Positions 37,905 to 48,260 of a stretch of 63,788 nt of DNA are shown here, in pieces. This stretch comes from Asterias rubens. Lineage: Eukaryota. The notes under the pieces are model-generated. The model was not told the DNA's origin. It saw nothing but the letters and a program-made list of their open reading frames with translations, and ran no database searches. The stretch lies in contig NW_022985739.1 in assembly GCF_902459465.1 (NCBI RefSeq), positions 1 through 63,788 of the forward strand, read 5' to 3'. The first letter of the stretch is position 1. Every line of letters begins with the position of its first letter. The position numbers and the translations under genes were made by a program.

Positions 37905-38090
37905 CAATCCAAGTGTTATATCTGTCCTGTAAAGTACCACTGCCAGAGGTAAAGAATGGGTTGAATGAAAAGCGCTCAGAAACAGCCCCAAAGAAAACGT
38001 CATTTGGAAACTGCATTAATGCTTCCAAATTGTCATAGCAACATAGTAATCCTGGCGAATCACTTGCCAAGAATGTACGATAATAGCAAT
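37905..38090 (-). CDS. Exon (right copy): AMOP middle (not in ORF track)
   Basis: tacAG / GTaagt; 186 bp, phase 1 to 1; DCYYRTFLASDSPGLLCCYDNLEALMQFPNDVFFGAVSERFSFNPFFTSGSGTLQDRYNTWI (AMOP CY....CCYD). Confidence 0.9.
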
Positions 38091-38395
38091 CTGTAGTGTA
38101 ATAAGGAGAAAAGCAATGTACATGTTATATAATACACTTTACTTACAATGTACCTCAATTTCAAACCATGGGCATGATTTGTATAAAACAAAAGGCTCAC
38201 AGAATTCTTTTAATTAAGGGTTCTCCACTCAAAAACTTTTCTCTTAATTTATATCAACTTGCAGAAATAAAATTACATTATTGTTTTACACTAATTTAAT
38301 TCTAGCATTGTTACTCCCCAATGAAAAAGTTGCTAATAACACACAAAAAACATGCTTCTTTAAGCTAAGTTTGTAAGTTTATCAGCTACTCATAC

Positions 38396-38861
38396 CTTTT
38401 GGTAATAAGGGCCAACTAAAGGAAACAGCTTCATCAATACCCAGATCAGTCAAATTTAACAACTCGTATCTACTATCAAGCATAGCTTGATTGTGACTAC
38501 ATGGACAGTCATCAGTAGGCATCCAAGTTGATGGGTCTGGCTGAACAGCTTGCCATTGGTTACATTCTTGTTCAGGATTGACATAGGTATCTGAGTTGGA
38601 ATCCAATCTGTATGCCCAGATACCTAACTGGTTAGTGTTACCAAGATACATGTCTGGTCTCTTATGGATGTCAATTGAGTCTTGTGGATCAGGATCATTG
38701 ATGTACGTGCTTTCTCCATTAGGGCATTTGTATCCAATCACAACATCTTGAAATGGAAGCACATTAAAGTCCCAAAGCATGTGCCCAACTTCATATTGGA
38801 ATATAGTGTATCCCTGGCGACCATTAGTTGCAACAGTTGCTTGAAACGTATTGGTCAAGTT
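38396..38861 (-). CDS. Exon (right copy): NIDO C-terminal part plus AMOP start
   Basis: tttgcAG / GTatga; 466 bp, phase 0 to 1; NLTNTFQATVATNG...GNTNQLGIWAYRLD...C..W...CPCSHNQAMLDSRY. Confidence 0.9.
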
Positions 38862-40541
38862 CTGCAAATTGAAAAGAAATTCAAGTCCTTTTATATTATA
38901 AAAATAACAGTGATGCTCACCAAACTGTGTTCTTGTACCCGAGCGCTGAACCTTGACATTGATCTGTTGACTTGAACTCACCACCTTTACCTAGACCTTC
39001 AACCTTTAAATAATAAACAATCTCAAACTTTTCCCCAAGGGAAATCCCACCCAGTATACAAGACAAGTGCAAATGGCACTTCTAACTGGAGTTCTGATAC
39101 TGAAACCATTAGGCTACAACTCACCATCATGACCTACCTCTAACCTTTTCACCTCCAAAACAACCCAAACTTTCTTTTCCCAAAGGGCAAATCCTTTGTC
39201 TGAAGTGCTCAGTACTGCTGGCTACTGTGATCCATGTACAATGTACATAATATCAGGTTTGGCAATGCCAGCAAGGGCATTGTATTTTAATGTGCAAATC
39301 TAGAAAGTGATTTTCATGCTGGGCATGATGAATAAAGAAATGAATTGAATTGAATTGAATTGAAGCTGGTATTGTCTGTTTGTTTTAGGCAGCCAGTGAT
39401 GGATCTGCAACTGTTGTTGAGAGCATGGTCAACTATCTTTGCATGAGAGGACCTTTCCCAGACGGGCCATCCAGGCATACTCTGCAGCAGAGTGGCAAAG
39501 AGCGTGGATACATTGGCACCCCATGATGAGTTTGTAAGTTGTTTCTGGTTCTCACTTCACCTTTTACCTTGTTTATATAGACCGTATCGAACCATTCAAA
39601 AACCTGCCCTACAACATGGCGTGCTTGAGCGTGTGTGTGTAAACGCTTCGGCTGCGTGCTTCATTGATGTACGCGTTTAGACGCGCATACGGTTTGCCCC
39701 ACAACGGTTTGCCCTGGCGACTTTCATAGCAACAAGGGGTTATTCAATACGGCCTATATGCTGCTTGTACAAGAGCGTCTGGTCCAGGGTGACACCGAGG
39801 TATACCGGGAAGATGCAGTGGACACCATTCCACATCGGGGGACAATTTCTTCCTAGCGTCACCATGTAAGTGTAACAGGATTACCTGGGTCTCGGTAGGA
39901 TTTGCCTCGAGTTGGTTGACTGTGTAATAGGTTGTGAGGCTGTCTAGGGCTGATGTGAGGGTGGCCTCAATGTTATTCCAGATGGTGCTCCGGGCTGCAA
40001 TCCCAAGGTCAGCATACATGAAACTTCTTGCCCTTGGTTGGTCATATTGGTGTAGATGTTGAATAGCACAGGAGCAAGGACCATTCCTTGGGGCAGGCCA
40101 TTCCTTTGTTTCCTCCATCTGCTGCACTTTCCATTTGGTTTAATAAATAAGCGCCTGTTTTCTAGTAGCTGGTGTACCAATTTGGTGCGGTGAAAGTCAT
40201 TTGTCATTTTGGCTACATGGATGACAATGAGGCAAAGTCACGAATCAAATGTGCCAAAATGACCATTATCTGTGCTAAATGGTCAATTGATAAGGAAATA
40301 AAAGGGTAGCGACGAGTTCTTACACGGCCGTTTAAAGCCGGCAGTGTCGAATTGCCGTGTATATATAGATTACGCACGCGCGCTTAGAAGTATATTACGC
40401 GATGTTACTAATAGCTATGAATTGCGTTCCGCGTGATAATTTTGCGCGCCTGACATGCAGAAGCCAGCCGGTTATAAACACCTTTCATTACCAACCGTTT
40501 AAACACCCCCACGTGACGCGCTCTCCACCAACAGGAGTAGA

Positions 40542-40868
40542 TAAACTGTCTGGGGTATTTATGAATAATGATTTATTAACAAACTGATCAAGCTTCAGAA
40601 CCATCAATGGTTTACACACAGATTTGTACCAGTAAGCACACAACACACAATTAACCCTCATCTCTTGAAAAAACCCTTGTTTGGGTATTTGCAAGACTGG
40701 GTTAAACTGTCTGGGGTATTTATGAATAATGATTTATTAACAAACTGATCAAGCTTCAGAACCATCAATGGTTTACACACAGATTTGTACCAGTAAGCAC
40801 ACAACACACAATTAACCCTCATCTCTTGAAAAAACCCTTGTTTGGGTATTTGCAAGACTGGGTTAAAC
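40542..40868. repeat. 161-bp tandem duplication present only in the right copy
   Basis: TAAACTGTCTGGGG starts at 40542 and 40703; single copy at 23125-23290. Confidence 0.95.
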
Positions 40869-41174
40869 AATGACTCCAGGTGGGTTCGAATCCTTGTGGT
40901 GACACTTGTGTCCTTGAGCAAGACACTTGACCATAAGCTTCTCTCCAGCCAGGGGTAAATGGGTACCTGTGAGGGCAGAGTTGGTTCTTGTGATTGATTA
41001 GCTTAGTGTGCTACATGCAGCACAGGCTGTACACTCCCCAGGGAGCTGAGATGGTTTAAGGAATGATTTAAGGCCCAGTGGCAGGGGTAATAACGTTGAA
41101 GCGCCATGAGCGTCACTGCGTCATGAACCTGACCGCTATATTAGAAGCCACTATTATTATTATTATTATTAACA

Positions 41175-41480
41175 TCCTCCATGGAACTTAGGATGAATCA
41201 CGCTTTTGTTTGCGCGATTTGGATGGTCGGGTTAAAGCTTGGAGAAGACCTGGGTAGCGGTATGCTTATTGTTGCATTGATAGTCACATCATTTGGAGGT
41301 GGAAGCGTGATGGTGTGGGGAGGCATATCCATGTTTGGGAAAATAAGACTTGTGGTGTTCGCTGGAAACCTGAACGGTACCAAGTACAGAGACGATATCC
41401 TACATGTCCTACAGCTGATAGCAGTCCCATACCTGCAGACTCTTGGACCCAAATTTTTGACTCCCATAAATGGCCGACCG
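41175..41480 (+). pseudogene. Tc1-like transposase fragment
   Basis: FGGGSVMVWGGIS..G...LVVF.GNLNG.KY.D.IL..AVPYLQ is the standard Tc1 DDE-domain motif. Confidence 0.8.
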
Positions 41481-42510
41481 TGTTAGTTCGCGACGTAAAA
41501 AAAAAAACGTGCAATTTTTAGTGATACTTGTGTGGATCATTATATTCTACTTTTTAAACATCTTTCTAACCATATGCATTTCATAACAAACGGTTTCAAA
41601 CGCTTTTTACAGACCAACTCGTCCGCTCCAAGGCAACGCGTTCCTTTAATTACAGAATCAATTTGTTTGTTCACACAGTGACACAAAATTGCGACTTTGT
41701 CTCATTCTCACTATGTGGCCAAGTCAAGCAATATGTCATCATTACAAATAAAGTAGCATTTTAAAGAGGAACACTTCAGCTTTGCATTGATATATAAAAC
41801 ATATATAAAGAGAGCAAAAAATAATAACAAAACTTGAACAAAAAAGTCTGCTAACTTTTTGTGAGCAGTTTATTTTTTGAAATTTGTTGCCCGGGCGCCC
41901 GACGGTTTTGCCCGGGCGCCCGACGGTTTTGTCCGGCGCTACATTTTTTTTACGGGCGCATTTGGCATTTTGAGAAATTTTGACGGACACAACAGAGTGT
42001 GAAGGACCCTGTGTGACGTCACAATACAGGCGCATTTTGTTCCCTACACATTTATGTGAATGAAATGGTTTAGTTAGAGCACACAAAGTATACTAATTGT
42101 GCGTTTTTATTTCTCACAAAATGAGTGCACAAAATAAATTTCTTGCAAATGAAATGACTTAGAGCAAAATGATTGTCATAATAATAATGAGAACTTATAA
42201 TGTATGTAGCGCCATTAACAAGACACTTAAAGACAGGTGTTAAACTTTGGGGATCAGGTTGGCCCAGTGGTTTCTTTCAAATCTGTGGTCCCAAGTTTTA
42301 GTCCAAACTTGGACCTGGAGACTTGCATTTGAATTTGTCTTCTCAGTTCCTACCTGACATGCGTGAACAAGGCATATGTCTTCAAAGTTGGGCTCTTCTT
42401 CCCACATCTAAATTTATTCATTTCTTGTTGTTTTCCTCATCACCATGACCCTCTTATTGTCATTTGCACTTTTGTATGTGTAATCCAATTTCATAGTAAC
42501 CCTTACTCAC

Positions 42511-42660
42511 ATTAGATGAAGAGCTTGAAAACACCTTATACCAAGTTATGACCAGCATCCATTCCGCACGAAAGTTTGAGACTTGTAGATCATTTATTAT
42601 TTCATCTGTTCTATTCAAAACTGCCAACTGGTTTAGATCTGCTCCAAATCTTTGATAAAC
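42511..42660 (-). CDS. Exon of NIDO-AMOP-VWD gene: NIDO middle (not in ORF track)
   Basis: ttttcttaacAG acceptor, GTgagt donor; 150 bp, phase 0 to 0; VYQRFGADLNQLAVLNRTDEIINDLQVSNFRAEWMLVITWYKVFSSSSSN (F.A.W.LV.TW..V NIDO motif). Confidence 0.9.
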
Positions 42661-42811
42661 CTGTTAAGAAAACAGCACAATGGTCAAAAGTCCATGGATT
42701 ATTAAGATTGTAATGAAATGGGAGGATGAGCAGACACATATTAAAACCCCTTTATCATGGAAGTTGATATGTGTCTTTTTAGATAATTGTTATACATTTT
42801 ACATGTTTTAT

Positions 42812-43197
42812 TTAAAGACAGTGGACACTATTGGTAATTGTCAAAGACTAGCCTTCACAGTTGGTGTATCTCATCATATGCATAAAATAACAAACCTGTG
42901 AAAATTTGAGCTCAATCGGTCATCGAAGTTGCAAGATAATAAGGAAAGAAAAAAAACCCTTGCAACACGAAGTTGTGTGCGTTTGGATGGTTGATTTCGA
43001 GACCTCAAGTTCTAAATCTGAGGTCTCAAAATAAAATTTGTGGATTATTACTTCTTTCTCGAAAACTATGGCACTGTAGAGGGAGCCATTTCTCACAATG
43101 TTTTATACCATCAACCTCTCCCCATTACTCGTCACAAAGAAAGGTTTTATGCCAATATTTATTTTGCGTAACTACCAATAGTGTCCACTGCCTTTAA
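42812..43197. mobile_element. Full-length TTAA-flanked MITE (Kolobok-type)
   Basis: TTAA-AGACAGTGGACACTATTGGTAATT ... AACTACCAATAGTGTCCACTGCCT-TTAA. Confidence 0.88.
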
Positions 43198-43998
43198 GCC
43201 GTGTTAGCATTGGACTTATTTTGGGTATAAACTAACCGAGGAAATGGGTAACTTAGCCATTTTAAATCCAGTGCAAACAGCTCAGGAAGTTTCCCAACCT
43301 GAGTGAGTAGTTTAACCGACCCAAGTCTGCCAGGTTAAATTGACCACATGTGTAGCTAGTTTTTAACCGAGCCAAAAAGTTCAGTGCAAACGCGAACTGG
43401 GTTAAAGCTGTCCCAGTAAACTAAGCCACATCCGTTCCCCGACCCGGCCGTCGCGCCACATGATTGTCGTGACAGTGCGACATTTGTTCTTTTCAAGGAA
43501 CTACATTCACCTTTCCCTGCCTTACTGTTGTTTTGCACTTTTCACACCGATAGTGTCTGCCACACCTAGATGACATGTAGCTTGACTTTCAAATTAATCT
43601 TAACAGGAAACCATTGACTTTTTGATAATTGTTTTATGACCATTGACACAAACAATTGCCACTTGCTCAAAGTAGAAGCTAATTACAGTGCATCTTGGGT
43701 AATGTGATAGTCAAAATCTTACAGATTGCTGTGCAGAAGAGTTTGTATCGCCTCCTTGAGTGCTTTGAACTTCCCGGTGAATCATGGATCAACATATCAG
43801 ATGGAGGGGTGCTTGTAAACTTGAGAAATGAGCTCCATTCAAAAACACACATTGATTCATGAGACTTGCCAAGGTCACTTTAAAAAAGTCTCAAACAGCC
43901 ATCTGCCCCCACCCTCCCACGCACAAATAAAAAGTTATCAAAAAAGTCAAAAGCCCTAATATTTTAAATTATTGCCTTTCCGTGCTAAGCTGATTGGA

Positions 43999-44412
43999 GT
44001 GTCGTGGCCGAGCAGTTTGGACCACCGAATTCAAACTCTGGTGTCAGTTTCTGATCAGCAGAGTGTCGGTTCGAATCCCACTTGTGACATTTGTTGTCCT
44101 AAAGCAAGACACTTAACCATTGCTTCATCCTTCGGATGGGACATAAAGCAGTTGGACCCGTGTTATGTAACGCATGTAAAATAACCCATTGCACTTATCG
44201 AAAAAAGAGAAGGGGTTCGCCCTGGTGTTCCTTGCTGTGGCTTCTAAATGCGCCGTAGCACCTTGTAAACCCTTATAAGGTGCTACATAATTGGGTCTCA
44301 GAACTCATAACTTTCATTTTAAAACCTCTCTTTCTGTAAAAATGTATACTTAAGCGCCTTAGGTACCTCGTTGGTAGTATGTGGACTACATAAGACTTTG
44401 ATGTTATTATTA
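43999..44412 (+). mobile_element. tRNA-derived SINE
   Basis: GTGTCGTGGCCGAGCAGT A-box, GGTTCGAATCC B-box, AGCAAGACACTTAACC, (ATT) tail. Confidence 0.8.
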
Positions 44413-44694
44413 TCAAGTAAAGCCTAGCACTTGCAACCCTTATTTTTGGCTCACCTGATTCCAGATTTTCAAATTCAATTTTATTGTTTGTTTTTTCTTT
44501 TTAAATGCTATTGAAAATCTTGAATGCGCCATACTTGAATCTTGAATGCGTTTTTATATATAACTCTATGCTGTGCGTTATGCAGTGAAAGTGCGCATTT
44601 TAGGCGACGCGGCATTAATACACGTAAATCTAACTTACCCAACATGGTGAGCGTTGCATCAGTCGCCGCGTGTGGCGCGCGTGCAAGTGTTAAA

Positions 44695-45000
44695 ATAATA
44701 ATAATAATAACCTTACTTATAAAGCGCTTTTTACAAAAGCGATACAAAGCACTAACGAAATACTATAGCAACAAAACAAAAGATAAACTACATGCTTTAC
44801 AGACAAAACAATGCAATTAACAATGATTCAATCTAGAGTAACTTAGGATAGAGGTGGGTTTTTAATAGGAAAGTCACTGTAGAGTCCTTTGTCAAGGGGA
44901 TAATCACCAGAACAGATGAATGGAGCAGTGTTTTGTATAGGCCCCAACCAGCACGAAGCTACATGTAGAAAGCCATGCACTTGGAATAGTGCATATAGAA
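44695..45000 (-). mobile_element. L2-like LINE 3' end
   Basis: ..LLKTHLY..stop, 3' UTR ending AAAAGCGCTTTATAAGTAAGG then (TTA)n. Confidence 0.55.
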
Positions 45001-45184
45001 ATGCCCGGATGGAGCAATATTGAAGCAATATTGCTCCATCCGGGAACTTTTACTGACACAATATTGCTGTCATCCGGGTACTTTTTACAAAAGCGTTCAA
45101 TACGCTGATATGTTTTTGCCTCTGGAAGCCTGATATAATATATAAAAATAAAACATATTGGTAAAAAACTCTCTTGAATAATAC

Positions 45185-45352
45185 CTGGTAATACACAGTA
45201 CTGTCACATGAAAAGTTCACATCACTGTAAAATGGCGCAACAAAAACTCTGTCGTTGAGGCTTGCACCAAAAGTAGTTCCACTAGTGGGTCGTGGGTATG
45301 CATATTTCTCCTTTTCACCATTGTACATAACAATTAGCCCATTATCAGTGAA
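45185..45352 (-). CDS. Exon of NIDO-AMOP-VWD gene: NIDO N-terminal part
   Basis: AG acceptor after pyrimidine tract, GTat donor; 168 bp, phase 0 to 0; FTDNGLIVMYNGEKEKYAYPRPTSGTTFGASLNDRVFVAPFYSDVNFSCDSTVYYQ (NG..I / APF..D..VYY pattern). Confidence 0.9.
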
Positions 45353-45743
45353 CTGTAACAAAAAAGAACAATTAGGATATGTGAAGAAAAACAAATTGTT
45401 CAACACCTTTGTTGATATTTTTGGCATTGTATTTTAAGGGCAACAGAAATGAAGCAGGATAAAACAAAATACCCAATTTCATGACTCTGCTTACCGCCAA
45501 ACTCTGTGCTACAATAGCTGTGTAGAATTCAGCATAGAATTCCTAGTAACGTAGAGTACACACGCTCACAAGCCAACATTCCCCACTAACCCGTGATTTA
45601 GGCTTGATGTAAGCACAGAATTGCCTGCTTGAGCAAGCACCGATTCTTTGCTTACAGTAAGCATGCAGAGCCATGACATTGGGCCTTGGCCTACAACAGA
45701 CAAGCATGTAGTTAATCAATTTGAATAAATACAGAAATCTTAC

Positions 45744-45886
45744 ATAGATGTTTCGTTGGAGGCGACCACAAGCAGGGAATCTATAGGGTGGTATAAAGGT
45801 AGGAGAAACCAAATTCTTCAAGGCATCAACTGAGCAATCGTCTTGAAGATTACTGTCTCCATTGTCAGATCCAAAAGGCAGAAGAT
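45744..45886 (-). CDS. Exon of NIDO-AMOP-VWD (MUC4/SUSD2/Mesh-like) gene: region preceding NIDO
   Basis: Acceptor ttgtccacAG, donor GTaaga; 143 bp, phase 1 to 0; xLLPFGSDNGDSNLQDDCSVDALKNLVSPTFIPPYRFPACGRLQRNIY, resembling the LYPYG..GD...FP start of NIDO proteins. Confidence 0.85.
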
Positions 45887-47239
45887 CTGTGGACAAGACA
45901 AACAAAAAGCCATGGGTGGGATGTTTAAAAGTCAATCAATGTTAAGGTTTCCAAGAAAACATTGGGAGCATTCAGATTTTCCACACATTTACATTAAAAT
46001 CAAAAGAATTCATCTTCACTATTAAGTGAAGAAAGTACAAGTTCTCACAACTCTCACAAGTATAGTTCTCTAACAAAAACCAGCTAGTTATGAAAGCCAC
46101 ACATTGACTGGATTTAATCGGTTGCCCACCAAACAAAAATCAGTGAAAAGGAATCTGGAGCAGAATAAAAAAGAATTCAGTATATATAATGCATCCATCA
46201 CATGTGAGATGAATTCTCAATGGCTGGAATGACAAAAAGGGACAGAAATGAAAAAGGGTGTGGAAGTCTTGAAATCCGGGAAGCAGGCCTTTACAACATC
46301 ATGAATGAAAGTCTCATCTTAGCCCAAAATTAGCTTCTTGAATTACTGATTGAAGAATAATAAGATCCCTTGCCTCTGGAGAAAGGGCTCGCTGGGTAAT
46401 AGCTAACCTCAAACCAGGAAAAGATCCATAAGAAGCCAAAAGTTTCCATCTTCTATGACGTCTATTCATCACCTGGTGACGTCATTGTGACATCATTACA
46501 GTAGTGTCTTCTACATGTTGTACTTGTGAATAATATAGTAAAGTTCGAAGACTGTCTCTGGACAATTTTTACTAGAGTATGGGTAATTGTTGAGATATGA
46601 GTTTTTTAAACCTGAAGTCATTGTCAAATTGGTTTATGAACTCTGTCAATTTTTAAGACCTCTCCGATGATGTACAAATGTATAAATTACTATGCAATTT
46701 TTAATGTAATGCACCCTTGAACAGGCTGGTCCTGGAGAGAGCGCAATAGAAAATCAATAAATCATTATTAATGTTATTATCATTTTCACCACCTTTCAAT
46801 GCGGCTGTCAAAACTATGTGGTAACTAAGATTCCCAAAACGAACATGACAAATGATTCGCAAACGTGACACAGTTTTACAGCTCAACAACAATTAAGTTT
46901 ATTTACACTAATTTAAAGAAAATCAATCATGAGTGTTACCGATATAGCACAGTATATTTGCCAACTTCAACTGTCCTACAATTTGGCTTGAAATATCTGT
47001 TCATACACTTCAATTACTTTTCGGTATCATTTCGACTTCAACAAATAAATCCAAATCTCAAATCGGCCAATAAATTTATTCACTGAAAAAAAATATTCAA
47101 AATAATTTCTCCATCAAAGTTAAACCCTTCACTCTAACTCTTTCAATGTTTAACACTGAGTTAATACGCAATTCAATATAGATACAGTTACATCAATATT
47201 CCACAAGTTATATTAACTTTCCTCAAAATAACCTGGAGG

Positions 47240-47560
47240 TTTCTCTTGTCACCGCAAAATCTTGCTTTGGTTTCACTTCCGTATACATGTAAAAGGGGCC
47301 AAGAAAAGGTTGTCACTCAGACTGCCCGGTCAACATGGGTCGCCAGTCATAGGCTCTCTCTTAACCTCGCACACGGTTCTGCCGATGTACTTCAGCGGGT
47401 TGTCTCAGACTGTTACCCGGTCTCTCCGACCATGGCCATTAGCTGGAGACGAACTCTGGAGGCTGAGCATTGCAAACGGAGGGGGTCTTCAAGAGACCGT
47501 TGGATATTAATTGCAGGCTGAATTTGGCACTGTATTTTGCCAAATCTAGAAAATCTAGGG
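47240..47560 (-). mobile_element. Possible Penelope-like GIY-YIG fragment
   Basis: With one frameshift reads C....VGETGNSLRQ...VHR, like the YVGET..SL..R...H motif. Confidence 0.3.
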
Positions 47561-47902
47561 ATATTTTCACCCAATTCACCCATTGCTACTGGTCTGTCTG
47601 CCACACACTCACATTGGGCCTCAGCTCTCTCTCTCTCTCAAAATTGCTGCCTTCTCTTGGAAGATCAATTTGTGTACTAAATAAAAATGTACTGATTCGC
47701 CAGCAAATCACTCCAACATTCCTCACTTACAATAAAACACTTCAGCACATTCCCTACATTCCTGGAACTCAAGTAAGAACAGGGGTGTTTGTGCTAGCTA
47801 AAATTAGACAAAAGATGCACACATAACTCGGAAACTGAACAGAAATTTGTGACAATCATGACATCAACTTCATAATTTACAGGAACTTGCCTATATTTGT
47901 GG

Positions 47903-48260
47903 GGTGTCGTGGCCGAGCGGATAAAGAGCTCTGGTGCTTCTGTTCATCAGAGTGTGGGTTCGAGTTCGAGTCCCGGTCTTGACACTTGTGTCTCTGAGCA
48001 AGACACTTAACTATAATTGCTTCTCTCCACCCAGGGGTAAATGGGTACCTGTGAGGGCAGAGGTAGTTCTTGTGATTGATTTAGCCGAGTAGCGCATATT
48101 AATGTTGCACCAGGCTGCATACTCCCCACCAGGGAGTTGAAATGGTTTAAGGAGCTGGTTTAAGGCCCAGTGACCAGGGGTAATAATGGGAAGTGCTTTG
48201 GGATGCCCCCGGGTGTGAAAAGCGCTATATAAAAACGGGTTGTTATTATTATTATTATTA
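47903..48260 (+). mobile_element. tRNA-derived SINE with conserved central core and L2-like tail
   Basis: A/B boxes, CTCCACCCAGGGGTAAATGGGTACC core, AAAAGCGCTATATAAAA then (ATT)n. Confidence 0.85.

Larger units (their letters stand above)
28429..41157 (+). repeat. ~12.7 kb duplicated block, right copy (second copies of the L2, RTE-X-like, Rex1, Vingi-like, LTR, SINE and MITE fragments)
   Basis: Starts immediately after the gap with tagtgcgggtca (equivalent to 11024) and matches up to ccactattat (equivalent to 23580). Confidence 0.97.

Noticed and set aside
46300-46450. METFGFLWIFSWFE as a signal-peptide exon
   Set aside because: The nearby GT is phase 0 and weak, the next exon needs phase 1, and the frame soon stops.
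15913-48260. tRNA genes at 15913, 19870, 43999 and 47903
   Set aside because: A/B boxes are present but there is no complete cloverleaf and they run into SINE bodies.
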